A stretch of 32,000 nt of DNA from Ruminococcus albus 7 = DSM 20455 (GCF_000179635.2 NC_014824.1:360001-392000); one strand, 5' to 3'; counted from the stretch's first letter, positions 8,077 to 17,690 are shown. Notes: generated by a model from the sequence alone, not told the origin. A program made the numbers and translations.

Positions 8077-11000
8077 ATGAAAAACTATAAGCGTATTATT
8101 ACGTTTTTTATGGCTATATCTATTATAGGCATGAATGCAGTGACTGTTTATGGTGATGAAAGTAATAGTCTTGCAATCACGGAAAATGTATCCGATGGAT
8201 CATTATCTATCGAAAAACAACCTTCAAATGTAACAAAGCCAAACGGTGAGAATGCAACTTTTATAGTCGTAGCTAAGGGCGATGGATTGAAGTATCAGTG
8301 GTACTACAACAATCCTAACACTACTAATGGATTTGTCAAATCAAGCAACACTACAGATACTTATAGCATTAAAGCTAATATTAATAGCCATGACAAAGGT
8401 TTTCAAGTATACTGTGTAGTTTCTGATTCATTTGGTAACAGCGTTGATTCTGATATAGCGACACTTACAGTCGGAACACCTTTGTCCATTGTAAGTCAAC
8501 CACAAAATGAAACAAAACAAAATGGAGATACCGCAATATTCAAGGTCGTTGCTAAAGGTGAAAATCTTAAATATCAATGGTATTATAACAATCCCAACAC
8601 TACTAATGGATTTGCCAAATCAAGCAACACTACAGATACTTATAGCATTAAGGCTAATATTAATAGCCATAACAAAGGTTTTCAAGTATACTGTGTGGTT
8701 TCTGATTCATTTGGTAACAGCGTTGATTCTAATATAGCGACACTTACAGTCGGAACACCTTTGTCCATTGTAAGTCAACCACAAAATGAAACAAAACAAA
8801 ATGGAGATACCGCAATATTCAAGGTCGTTGCTAAAGGTGAAGGTCTTAAATATCAATGGTATTATAACAATCCCAACACTACTAATGGATTTGTCAAATC
8901 AAGCAACACTACAGATACTTATAGCATTAAAGCTAATATTAATAGCCATAACAAAGGTTTTCAAGTATACTGTGTAGTTTCTGATTCATTTGGTAACAGC
9001 GTTGATTCTGATATAGCGACACTTACAGTTGGAACTCCTTTGTCCATTGTAAGTCAACTACAAAATGAAACAAAACAAAATGGAGATACCGCAATATTTA
9101 AGGTCGTTGCTAAAGGTAAAGGCCTTAAATATCAATGGTATTATAACAATCCTAACACTACTAATGGATTCGTCAAATCTAGCAACACTACAGATACTTA
9201 TAGCATTAAGGCTAATATTAATAGCCATGATAAAGGTTTTCGAGTATATTGTGTAGTTTCTGATTCATCTGGAAATTCTGTACAATCAAATATTGCAACA
9301 CTTACAGTGGCTTCTCCAATCAAACTCTCAAGTCTCGACTCTCAAACCATCACCTTCTCCGAAGATGCAACCTTCACAGTTACCGCCACCGGTACTGGTG
9401 ATCTGACCTATACATGGGAAAGCAGTACTGACGGTGAGAATTGGACAACAGTACTAGATGCTAATACAGCAACACTGACTGTGGCTGGAAGTGAAGCAAT
9501 TGATGGAACTCAGTATCGCTGTATAGTTTCAGATAACTACGATCAAAGCAAGACAAGTAATGCAGCGACACTCACTGTGTATAATTACCACACAATCACC
9601 TACAACGCGGGCAACGGCACATTCTCCAATGGTAGCTCTACCTACACCGAAACCGTCGATCCCGGCTATTACTACATTGGCACAGGTGAAGATCCTTACT
9701 TGGAAGGTCATGTTTTCCTCGGATGGACTTACAACGGAAAATACAAAAACCGCATTCTTGTTTCATCCGATGTAACTCTTACTGCGGAATGGGAAAAGGC
9801 TTGTCAGGTCATTTATAACGCTAACGGCGGTCAGTTCTCCGATGGCAACTCTACCCACACTTTAGATGTTGATGTCGGAACATACCGGGTCGATCACGAA
9901 GAACCTACTCGTGAAGGTTATTTGTTTGCAGGCTGGAAATACAAAAACAGCTTCGTTCGCAAGCTTAATTTTTCAGGTGAGACAACTCCCGAATTTATAG
10001 CTGAGTGGGAGGAAGCAATAGCTGTAACATATGATGCAAACGGCGGACAGTGGAAGTTTGACGAAGATCCATTCACGACAATGACCATCTATGAACCCTA
10101 CGGATTATACTTCCCCGGTTGTTATGAACCTGAAAGAGAGGGTTATGTATTTGACGGCTGGATGCTTGATGACAATTATGTCGATAAAATTGATCTCACA
10201 GAACCCGTTACATTCAAAGCTTGCTGGAAAGAACCCATTACAGTGACCTACGATCCCAACGGAGGTTCATGGGACGGCGACAGCACCCCCAGAGAATATG
10301 ACGAACGTAAGGGAGATTATTGGGTATCTTGTGGCTGGCCTGATAAGGATGGCTATTATTTTATCGGCTGGAGCACCGATCCTGAAGCAGTCAGTGCCGA
10401 AACCGATTTCGGCTATACACTGACAGGCGATACTAAATTCTACGCTGTGTGGGGACACGATATCACCGTTTACTATGATGCTAACGGCGGTTTCCTGTGG
10501 GATCGTACCGCAACCGATACAAGAGATGTACGTTACGGTGATTTTAATATCGAAGGCTGGTGTCCCTACTACGACGGTCCATATGAGTTCAAGGGCTGGT
10601 CAACCACGAAGGATGGCACAGTTCAGTATCAACCTAACGATCATGTTGAATTTATACAGAATACCACACTCTATGCTGTATGGGAAAAGCTTCCGACTAT
10701 AGCCTACGATGCAAACGGCGGTGCTTGGTTTAATGACAGAACTCAGCAGCATGACCTTACCATCAAGATGGACTGGGATCAACCGGGCTTCTATTACTAT
10801 GTAAGAAAGGATGAGCCCCAACGTCCCGGATACAGATTCAACGGCTGGGTAGACGAAAATGGTAAGAACGCAAACGAAAGAGAGCTCCTGCTTGAGAAGG
10901 GTAAAGATTACACCTTCAAAGCAAGCTGGGTGAAGATCGTAAAGGTAAAATATAACGCTAACGGCGGTCAATTTAATGATTGGGACATGAACGAGGAAAG

Positions 11001-13146
11001 CGGTGAGAACGCGGCGATTCACTACCGCTACGGAGATTCCGGAGAATACTATCTTGACGGTTGGCGACCCGAAAGAGAAGGCTATGAATTCTGCGGCTGG
11101 GCTCTTACTCTAGACGGTGAACCGGTATCCGATCCTTACATACTGCCTGATAATATCGACGAGATTGAATTCTATGCAGTTTGGGCTCCCATACCTATTG
11201 TGACCTACGATGCAAATGGCGGCGGATGGGGCTGGAACGGCGAATTTTATGATCATATGACAGAAGAGTATGAAGCACATCTCGGCGATTATGGCGTAGG
11301 TAACTGGTGGCCTGAAAGAGAAGGCTATAATTTCCTTGGCTGGAGCAATGACAAGAATGCTTCGACCGCAGAGTCCGACTGGAAAATTACCTTGACAGGA
11401 AGCACTACATTTTATGCTATATGGGAGAAGCTCCCGACTATAGCCTATGATGCAAACGGCGGCGCTTGGTTTAATGACAGAACTCAGCAGCATGACCTTA
11501 CCATCAAGATGGACTGGGATCAACCGGGCTTCTATTACTATGTAAGAAAAGACGAGCCCCAGCGTCCCGGATACAGATTCAACGGTTGGGTAGATGAAAA
11601 TGGTAAGTACGCAAACGAAAGAGAACTCCAGTTGGAGAAGGGTAAAGATTACGTCTTCAAAGCAAGCTGGGTGAAGATCGTAAAGGTAAAATATAACGCT
11701 AACGGTGGTCAATTTAATGATTGGGACATGAACGAGGAAAGCGGTGAGAGCGCAGCAATTCACTATCGCTACGGAGATTCCGGAGAATACTATCTTGATG
11801 GCTGGCGACCCGAAAGAGAAGGCTATGAATTCAGCGGCTGGTCACTTACTCAAGACGGTGAACCGGCACCCGATCCTTACATGCTGCCTGATAATATCGA
11901 CGAGATCGAATTCTATGCAGTTTGGAACCCCATACCTATCGTGACTTACGATGCAAATGGCGGTGGATGGGGCTGGAATGGCGAGTCCTATGATCATATG
12001 ACAGAAGAGTATGAAGCACATCTCGGCGATTATGGCGTAGGTAACTGGTGGCCTGAAAGAGAAGGCTATAATTTCCTTGGCTGGAGCACTGACAAGAATG
12101 CTTCGACTGCTGAGCACGACTGGGGAACTACTCTGACAGGAAGCACTACATTTTATGCTATATGGGAAAAGCTTGTCGCAGTTACTTTCGATGCAGGACA
12201 AGGGCATTTCTACGATGGTTATAACACAAGGATCGTGTATTTTGAACCCGGACGACGTATATCCTTAAATTGGGAGGACACACCTGATATGGATGGCGGT
12301 TATTTTGAGGGCTGGTTACTTGACGGTGAGCTGGTAAACTATGTACGTCTTACCGAGGATATGACCGTAGAGGCAGACTGGGTATATACACGTAATGTTA
12401 CTTTTTTCGCAGACGACGGATATTTCTATAACGGACAGCATTTCTGGACAGATATCTATGACGAAAATTCGTATGTATACCTAAGAGATATCCCCGAACC
12501 TACAAAGGCGGGCTATGTATTTGACGGCTGGATGGTAGACGGAGAATTCGTGACAGGATCGAAATTCACTGTTACTGAAGACACCGAGTTCACAGCGGCT
12601 TGGGTCGAGGCTGAGAACACCTTTACCGTGACCTATGATGCAGGCGAGGGTTTCTTTGAAAACGGCGAGAATATGCTTGAAATCCAGGCTGAGGGTAATT
12701 ACTATGTAGACGGAGTTCCAAAACCTTCAAGAGACGGTTACGTTTTCGTTGGATGGACAATAGATTATGATGAAGGCACATACAGTATGTTTGATGTGAA
12801 CTATGACGTTACTTTCAACGCTGTATGGGCTGAACCCGCAACAATATCTTATGATTTCAACGGCGGAGAAATAGGTATGTACGAAAACGGTGAATACGTT
12901 TGCTATGCTACAGACGCTTCTCATATTGTTGCAGTGGACTATTACTATACCATAGGTGTAATGGGACCTCTTCACAAGGACGGATATACTTTTGTTTGCT
13001 GGAACACAGAGTCTGACGGAACAGGAAGAAGCTACGGCAACTTTACCGATGAAATAATTGTTTCCGAAGATATGAATCTTTACGCGATCTGGGTAAATGA
13101 CTCGGAAGAAACTGTCGAAGACGGCAGTGAACAAGAATGGTTTTAA
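8077..13146 (+). CDS. 1689-aa secreted repeat protein: signal peptide, about 6 Ig-like modules, then about 17 Listeria-Bacteroides (InlB B-repeat/Flg_new type) repeats
   Basis: AGGAGG RBS. N-terminus MKNYKRIITFFMAISIIGMNAVTVYG. The Ig-like units carry LKYQWYYNN...YCVVSD...ATLTV. The recurring unit VTYDANGG...(R/K)EGY-x-F-x-GW...AVW is typical of TIGR02543-type repeats. I saw no dockerin, LPXTG or other anchor. Confidence 0.9.
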   Translation: MKNYKRIITFFMAISIIGMNAVTVYGDESNSLAITENVSDGSLSIEKQPSNVTKPNGENATFIVVAKGDGLKYQWYYNNPNTTNGFVKSSNTTDTYSIKANINSHDKGFQVYCVVSDSFGNSVDSDIATLTVGTPLSIVSQPQNETKQNGDTAIFKVVAKGENLKYQWYYNNPNTTNGFAKSSNTTDTYSIKANINSHNKGFQVYCVVSDSFGNSVDSNIATLTVGTPLSIVSQPQNETKQNGDTAIFKVVAKGEGLKYQWYYNNPNTTNGFVKSSNTTDTYSIKANINSHNKGFQVYCVVSDSFGNSVDSDIATLTVGTPLSIVSQLQNETKQNGDTAIFKVVAKGKGLKYQWYYNNPNTTNGFVKSSNTTDTYSIKANINSHDKGFRVYCVVSDSSGNSVQSNIATLTVASPIKLSSLDSQTITFSEDATFTVTATGTGDLTYTWESSTDGENWTTVLDANTATLTVAGSEAIDGTQYRCIVSDNYDQSKTSNAATLTVYNYHTITYNAGNGTFSNGSSTYTETVDPGYYYIGTGEDPYLEGHVFLGWTYNGKYKNRILVSSDVTLTAEWEKACQVIYNANGGQFSDGNSTHTLDVDVGTYRVDHEEPTREGYLFAGWKYKNSFVRKLNFSGETTPEFIAEWEEAIAVTYDANGGQWKFDEDPFTTMTIYEPYGLYFPGCYEPEREGYVFDGWMLDDNYVDKIDLTEPVTFKACWKEPITVTYDPNGGSWDGDSTPREYDERKGDYWVSCGWPDKDGYYFIGWSTDPEAVSAETDFGYTLTGDTKFYAVWGHDITVYYDANGGFLWDRTATDTRDVRYGDFNIEGWCPYYDGPYEFKGWSTTKDGTVQYQPNDHVEFIQNTTLYAVWEKLPTIAYDANGGAWFNDRTQQHDLTIKMDWDQPGFYYYVRKDEPQRPGYRFNGWVDENGKNANERELLLEKGKDYTFKASWVKIVKVKYNANGGQFNDWDMNEESGENAAIHYRYGDSGEYYLDGWRPEREGYEFCGWALTLDGEPVSDPYILPDNIDEIEFYAVWAPIPIVTYDANGGGWGWNGEFYDHMTEEYEAHLGDYGVGNWWPEREGYNFLGWSNDKNASTAESDWKITLTGSTTFYAIWEKLPTIAYDANGGAWFNDRTQQHDLTIKMDWDQPGFYYYVRKDEPQRPGYRFNGWVDENGKYANERELQLEKGKDYVFKASWVKIVKVKYNANGGQFNDWDMNEESGESAAIHYRYGDSGEYYLDGWRPEREGYEFSGWSLTQDGEPAPDPYMLPDNIDEIEFYAVWNPIPIVTYDANGGGWGWNGESYDHMTEEYEAHLGDYGVGNWWPEREGYNFLGWSTDKNASTAEHDWGTTLTGSTTFYAIWEKLVAVTFDAGQGHFYDGYNTRIVYFEPGRRISLNWEDTPDMDGGYFEGWLLDGELVNYVRLTEDMTVEADWVYTRNVTFFADDGYFYNGQHFWTDIYDENSYVYLRDIPEPTKAGYVFDGWMVDGEFVTGSKFTVTEDTEFTAAWVEAENTFTVTYDAGEGFFENGENMLEIQAEGNYYVDGVPKPSRDGYVFVGWTIDYDEGTYSMFDVNYDVTFNAVWAEPATISYDFNGGEIGMYENGEYVCYATDASHIVAVDYYYTIGVMGPLHKDGYTFVCWNTESDGTGRSYGNFTDEIIVSEDMNLYAIWVNDSEETVEDGSEQEWF
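8182..9297 (+). repeat. Four tandem 279-bp (93-codon) near-identical coding repeats
   Basis: The marker ACACTTACAG recurs at 8461, 8740, 9019 and 9298, an exact period of 279. Units differ at only a few positions. Confidence 0.92.
10684..12165 (+). repeat. Tandem duplication of a 741-bp (247-codon) block of three B-repeats
   Basis: GA(A/G)AAGCT(T/C)CCGACTATAGCCTA starts at 10684 and 11425, and GAAAAGCTT recurs at 12166, an exact period of 741. The protein copies differ at only a handful of residues. Confidence 0.92.
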
Positions 13147-13231
13147 ATTTATAGCATTAGATAAAGAACAGGATAAACCTAATACCTATATTAATGTTGG
13201 ATTACGAAAAACGAATATAGACTAAATTAAC

Positions 13232-13266
13232 AGGAGGTGCTGCGATTGCAACACCTCCTTTTTATT
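13232..13266 (+). terminator. Rho-independent terminator of the giant gene
   Basis: Stem AGGAGGTG...CACCTCCT followed by TTTTTATT. Confidence 0.8.
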
Positions 13267-13430
13267 GAAAGTAATTTTCTAGTATAATGATAGCAGAAAA
13301 ATATACGAGATGCTTACATGTACTATATATAATTTTTTATTCTCTAATAAAGCTATAAAACCATATATAATTTTTATTTACCGACAAAAACTTATATAAT
13401 AAATACAAAGCATAGAAGGAGGACGAAAAC

Positions 13431-13505
13431 ATGCTCATCAATAAAGAATACATAAAAGCATCATTATCTATCCTAAACAAATATAACGAAACGAGGGAGC
13501 AATAA
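13431..13505 (+). CDS. 24-codon upstream ORF coupled to the serine recombinase
   Basis: AAGGAGG lies 8 nt before ATG 13431. The stop TAA at 13503-13505 is 1 nt before the recombinase ATG at 13507. It is preceded by TATAATAAATACA. No homology could be judged. Confidence 0.3.
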   Translation: MLINKEYIKASLSILNKYNETREQ

Positions 13506-13506
13506 T

Positions 13507-15222
13507 ATGCCTGATAACAGAAAATACGCAATTTACAGCCGCAAATCCAAATTTACCGGCAAAGGTGAGAGCATTGAAAACCAGATTGAGATATGCAGGC
13601 GGGCGTTGAAAAGCAAATATGATGTAGTTGATGAGGACATTGTGGAGTTTGAGGATGAGGGCTTTTCGGGTGGCAACACTAAGCGTCCAAAATTTCAGGA
13701 GATGATGGAGCGCTACCGCAATGGTGAGTTTCAGTTGGTTATTTGCTACCGTCTTGACAGGATAAGCCGCAACACATCGGACTTTGTGAACACCTATGAG
13801 GAGCTGAAAGAACACAGCGTTTGTTTTCGTTCGGTCAGCGACAACATTGATGATACCTCGCCTATGGGCAGGGCTATGATGATGATAAGCTCGGTTTTTG
13901 CACAGTTGGAGCGTGACATTATTGCAGAGAGAATAACCGACAATATGCATGAGCTTGCCAAGTCGGGACGGTGGTTGGGCGGCAATCCTCCAACGGGTTA
14001 CAGGAGTGCCGAGACTGTGGGCAGTATGACGGTTGATGGCAAGATACATAAGGCGAGAATGCTGGAGAAAAATCCCGAAGAGGCAGAACTTGTCAGGCTG
14101 GTGTTCACTAAGTTTGTTGAACTGCGTTCTATTACTAAGGTGGAGACCTATCTGCTCAATAATGATTTCAAGTCGAAAAAGGGCAACACGCTTTCGAGGT
14201 TTGCCATTAAGACCATTCTGCAAAACCCTGTGTATGCCATTGCTGACGAGGATACATGGGTATATTTGAACGAAAAAGATATGCAGTTGTACGGTTCACG
14301 CGATGACTTTGACGGCATTCACGGTATTATGGCGTACAACAAGACCATACAGAAAAAGGGAAGGTCAATGAAGCAGAAAGCTCCAAGCGAGTGGATAGTG
14401 GCCGTTGGCAAGCACGAGGGCATTATCGAGGGCAAGCGCTGGGTAGAGGTACAGCATCTGCTTGAAAAGAACAGGGACAAGGCATACCGAAAGCCCAAGA
14501 GCAATACTGCACTTCTGTCGGGACTGCTGTTTTGTGCGTGCTGTGGAAGCTTTATGCGCCCAAAGCTTTCATCAAGGGTCAACAAGCAGGGCGAGAAGGT
14601 ATATGATTACCTTTGCGAGCTCAAAGAAAGAAGTCACGGTCTCAAGTGTGATAATAAGCGCATTAACGGCAACGAGCTTGACCGTCAGATATGCGATGAG
14701 ATAAAGCACCTGGGCGAGGACGATTCGGGGCTGATGAAGCTGCTAAGAAATTCACAGAAGAGTTTGAATGAGACATTCGCTGATTCGCAGGCAGAAATCG
14801 ACAGGCTGACTGAAAAGAAAAAGCAGTATGAAGCCGAGCGCACAAATCTTGTTAAGGCTTTGACTTTTGCAGGCGAAACTATGGCTGCTGAGGACATCAT
14901 CTCGCAAATAAACGATCTGCACACTAAGACTTCCGAGCTTGAAAGGCAGATATCCGAGCACCGCAGGCTTATGGAAAACAGCGACATCACCGACGAGCAG
15001 TATCACAGCCTTGCGGATATGCTGTCGTCATTCGCTAAAACTATTGACACATTAGATGTTATGAAAAAGCGTGATGTTATACGCTGCTTGGTGCGTCGTG
15101 TTGAGTGGGACGGCGAGAATATCCACCTGTATCTTATGGGTGAAGAAAGCGGGGGGGGGACTGATGTGCTGCATTCAGAGCCGAAGTGCGAGTGTAGTAA
15201 ATGGAAAATGGAATTGATTTAG
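13507..15222 (+). CDS. Large serine recombinase (resolvase/invertase catalytic domain, recombinase domain, Zn-ribbon, coiled coil)
   Basis: The N-terminus AIYSRKSKFTGKGESIENQ carries the catalytic Ser motif. Also seen: VICYRLDRISRN, GGNPPTGY, a C-x2-C...C cluster (LFCACCGSFM...YLC) and a long coiled-coil tail. Confidence 0.92.
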   Translation: MPDNRKYAIYSRKSKFTGKGESIENQIEICRRALKSKYDVVDEDIVEFEDEGFSGGNTKRPKFQEMMERYRNGEFQLVICYRLDRISRNTSDFVNTYEELKEHSVCFRSVSDNIDDTSPMGRAMMMISSVFAQLERDIIAERITDNMHELAKSGRWLGGNPPTGYRSAETVGSMTVDGKIHKARMLEKNPEEAELVRLVFTKFVELRSITKVETYLLNNDFKSKKGNTLSRFAIKTILQNPVYAIADEDTWVYLNEKDMQLYGSRDDFDGIHGIMAYNKTIQKKGRSMKQKAPSEWIVAVGKHEGIIEGKRWVEVQHLLEKNRDKAYRKPKSNTALLSGLLFCACCGSFMRPKLSSRVNKQGEKVYDYLCELKERSHGLKCDNKRINGNELDRQICDEIKHLGEDDSGLMKLLRNSQKSLNETFADSQAEIDRLTEKKKQYEAERTNLVKALTFAGETMAAEDIISQINDLHTKTSELERQISEHRRLMENSDITDEQYHSLADMLSSFAKTIDTLDVMKKRDVIRCLVRRVEWDGENIHLYLMGEESGGGTDVLHSEPKCECSKWKMELI

Positions 15223-15377
15223 AAAACGACTTGGTGGCGTTTCTGAAAGATATAGTCAAAAATGATCATGATTATATTTCTGAAGTTATAGCAGAGTCTC
15301 ACAGTATTTTTTCTCTGAATGGGAACAGGAATGGAGACGAGGAGGATTATACATATCTTGAAGATGATTACAACTGA
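15201..15377 (+). CDS. Possible 58-aa acidic small protein overlapping the recombinase 3' end
   Basis: ATG 15201 to TGA 15375-15377. The RBS is weak and nothing is recognisable. It is listed only because it fills an otherwise empty 180-nt gap. Confidence 0.2.
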   Translation: MENGIDLENDLVAFLKDIVKNDHDYISEVIAESHSIFSLNGNRNGDEEDYTYLEDDYN

Positions 15378-15404
15378 ATCAAAAGTATAAAACAATGAAA
15401 GGAA

Positions 15405-16121
15405 ATGAAAATTATGTCTGAAAACAAGAGCAACACAGAGAAGGTCAAGAACAAGGAAAGAGCTTCCGGCGTGTGGAGCGTAACAAACAAGGAGATCTCA
15501 TTCACAAGAGAATGGCGCGGCCATAGGTTTACTGACAAGGAAGTAAAAGATCTTCTTGACGGTAAGGATATAACTATCAATGGCATCGTTTCTCAGAAAG
15601 ACAAGTCCAAGTATGGAGTTACCGGCCATCTGGCAAATCTGGAATATAACGGAGTCAAATTTATAGGCTTCGATATGACCGGATTTGCCGGAAATAACAA
15701 TGGAGAAAAAAAGGAAAAGGTATCCGGTGTATGGGCTGTTACAGGAGAAGAGATAACCTTTACGAGGGTTTGGAACGGTCATAGGTTCACCGATGAAGAG
15801 GTATCAAGCCTCTTAAACGGAGATACTATAGAAATCGAAAACCTTGTATCCAAAAACAACACGATTTATTCTGCAAAGGGAAAACTGACGGAACAGGAAT
15901 ACAACGGACATCCTTTTGTGGGCTTTGAAAAAGAGGAAATAGTTCCTGATTCATGGAGCGGACACACTTTCACCGATGAGGAAAAGATGATACTTGAAGC
16001 CGGCGGAGAGGTTGAAATTACTGACGCGGTTTCAAACAGAACAGGAAATAGTTTTTCCTGTACGGTGACATACGGTGAAAAAGAAGATGGCAAAAAGGGA
16101 ATAATCGTTGATTTTGCTTAG
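15405..16121 (+). CDS. Stand-alone protein of three topoisomerase C-terminal repeats (Toprim_Crpt-like)
   Basis: The unit GVW-x-VT-x-EEI-x-FTR-x-W-x-GHRFTD-EEV-x2-LL-x-G...G-x-L...EYNG-x2-F-(I/V)-GF occurs three times. ATG 15414 has better RBS spacing than 15405. Confidence 0.7.
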   Translation: MKIMSENKSNTEKVKNKERASGVWSVTNKEISFTREWRGHRFTDKEVKDLLDGKDITINGIVSQKDKSKYGVTGHLANLEYNGVKFIGFDMTGFAGNNNGEKKEKVSGVWAVTGEEITFTRVWNGHRFTDEEVSSLLNGDTIEIENLVSKNNTIYSAKGKLTEQEYNGHPFVGFEKEEIVPDSWSGHTFTDEEKMILEAGGEVEITDAVSNRTGNSFSCTVTYGEKEDGKKGIIVDFA

Positions 16122-16139
16122 AATACTGACTTTGTTTTA

Positions 16140-16176
16140 CAGCCCTGCTTTTTGGCAGGGCTGTTATTATTTTTGT
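16140..16176 (+). terminator. Rho-independent terminator
   Basis: CAGCCCTGC-TTTTTG-GCAGGGCTG followed by a T-rich run. Confidence 0.8.
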
Positions 16177-16179
16177 TGT

Positions 16180-16925
16180 AACCGAAAACCCCCGGCTATG
16201 CCGGGGGTTCTAAAAAGCTTTAGCTATGAGTAGAAAAATAAAACCTCCTGTGATAAACTAAGAATAGGTCTGGCAACCGAAACTTAGAATAACAAGGAGG
16301 TATCGTCAATGACAAGAGACGATATAAATAGTTTAGCACATTCCAAGTGGAATTGCAAGTACCATGTAGTATTTGCCCCGAAATATCGAAGAATGGTGAT
16401 TTATAATAAAATCAAAGTGGATATCGGAAAGATACTAAGAAAGTTGTGTGATCAAAAAGGAGTTAAAATAATCGAAGCAGAGGCGTGTCCTGATCATATA
16501 CATATGCTGTTGTCTATTCCACCCAAATACAGTGTAGCAGAGATAATGGGATATTTGAAAGGCAAGAGTAGTTTGATGATATTTGACAGACACGCAAATC
16601 TGAAATATAAGTATGGCAACAGGCACTTCTGGTGCAGAGGATACTATGTTGATACAGTAGGAAAGAACAAGAAAAAGATAGCAGAGTACATCAGGAATCA
16701 GTTGCAGGAAGATATAGTGTGCGACCAGATCAGCCTGTTTGAGACAGTAGACCCATTTACAGGAGAAAAATACAAGAAAAAGTAGAAAACGAACACAAAA
16801 TACCCCTTGAGGGGTTGCACGGGAATGAAATGCGGTTGACAGACCTTTCCCGACCCCTTAAGGGGTAGTGTCAGTATCATGCCCTTATAGGGCTAGTGCA
16901 AACCACCCGTTTAACGGGTGGTTTT
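16180..16925 (+). mobile_element. IS200/IS605-family element (tnpA only), boundaries approximate
   Basis: A left-end hairpin AACCCCCGG-CTAT-GCCGGGGGTT lies at about 16187-16209. Four right-end hairpins follow: 16803-16814, 16854-16865, 16881-16893 and 16902-16922. The size of about 0.75 kb is typical of IS200. Confidence 0.75.
16309..16785 (+). CDS. tnpA: IS200/IS605 family Y1 (HUH) transposase TnpA
   Basis: Motifs seen: HSKWNCKYHVVFAPKYRR, the HUH motif DHIHMLLSIPP, and the catalytic Tyr region AEYIRNQ. AAGGAGG RBS. Confidence 0.92.
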   Translation: MTRDDINSLAHSKWNCKYHVVFAPKYRRMVIYNKIKVDIGKILRKLCDQKGVKIIEAEACPDHIHMLLSIPPKYSVAEIMGYLKGKSSLMIFDRHANLKYKYGNRHFWCRGYYVDTVGKNKKKIAEYIRNQLQEDIVCDQISLFETVDPFTGEKYKKK

Positions 16926-16944
16926 GATTGATCCCTTTTTTCTA

Positions 16945-16983
16945 TTATAATACATTTAGGATTTAGTGTTGATAATTGGAGTC
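16945..16983 (+). promoter_or_regulatory. Copy A of a conserved promoter-proximal motif TATAAT-N6-AGGA-N7-TTGATAAnTGGAGT
   Basis: The sequence is TTATAATACATTTAGGATTTAGTGTTGATAATTGGAGTC. A possible -35 TTGATT lies at 16924-16929 with a 16-nt spacer. It sits upstream of the 17051 gene. Confidence 0.55.
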
Positions 16984-17050
16984 ATACTAGATCATTTTTT
17001 TTACTTTATATCACATTTATTATCGAAGCAATTACGAAGGAGGACTCATT

Positions 17051-17458
17051 ATGGGTTGGACAGGAACACATGCTAATTTTTACAAGAAAAAAGGATATCG
17101 CACAGTTGTTGACGTAAAGGCTGAATGTGACGACCTTTTTGCACATGATCACGGACGATTCAAGGTATTGAAATCAACAGTACTTGGCAGAGTATATTAT
17201 GCAGCTGTGGCCATATGCAAGAAATGGCCTGAAGGCAGCAGCTATAAGCCTGAGGAGCTTGTCGAGATCCCTGAAAATGAAAGAAGAGTAGTCGGTTTTG
17301 TTATCTTAACGTCAGTAGACAACAATGAATGGTTCAATTTCAATTTTAAGGAGATGGAAGAAACCTGTGGCCCATGTGAGGATCATTGTCCGATGGGAAT
17401 AATTAAGCTGCTCACTCCTACAGCCAGTGAATATGCTAATGAATGGAGAGAAAGATGA
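17051..17458 (+). CDS. Plasmid/ICE-type protein, DUF6927-like (MGWTGTH... N-terminus), ending at an in-frame TGA with 70 more open codons behind it
   Basis: GAAGGAGG RBS. The motif KEMEETCGPCEDHCPMGIIKLLTP resembles the DUF6927 core as I recall it. See the finding on the TGA at 17456. Confidence 0.55.
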   Translation: MGWTGTHANFYKKKGYRTVVDVKAECDDLFAHDHGRFKVLKSTVLGRVYYAAVAICKKWPEGSSYKPEELVEIPENERRVVGFVILTSVDNNEWFNFNFKEMEETCGPCEDHCPMGIIKLLTPTASEYANEWRER

Positions 17459-17690
17459 AGAAAATACGCAGAAAGTAAAAAAACAGCCAATAACCCCTCA
17501 AAATTGCCGATAGGAACAAGGATTCGCTTTAAGGCTCCTGATGGTGAATATGTAATACTGGAAAAGCGGTCTCCTGCTTATCAGTTCAAGACCCCTTGGT
17601 GGTATGACGCCAGAAGCCATTCTTATTGTAGCAAAAAAAGATTACCTAAGGAATTTGAAATTTTAGTATAAAAAACGGAGGAAATTAAAA

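Noticed and set aside
8507-9256. Three nearly identical 63-76-aa ORFs (MKQNKMEIPQY...), and the tandem repeats as a possible CRISPR or satellite array
   Set aside because: The small ORFs are the same out-of-frame reading of each 279-bp repeat unit. The repeats are contiguous with no spacers, and they are in frame within the 1689-aa gene, where they encode Ig-like modules.
10600-12207. Minus-strand ORFs of 140, 217 and 121 aa
   Set aside because: They are antisense to the B-repeat region of the giant gene, and they are duplicated only because the 741-bp unit is duplicated.
13468-14223. 251-aa minus-strand ORF
   Set aside because: It is antisense to the serine recombinase, whose catalytic and Zn-ribbon motifs are unambiguous on the plus strand.
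17456-17458. Selenocysteine or recoded TGA in the DUF6927-like gene
   Set aside because: I see no SECIS-like hairpin in the 40 nt downstream. TGA functions as a stop in neighbouring genes. A nonsense mutation or simple read-through is more parsimonious. The observation itself is kept as a finding.
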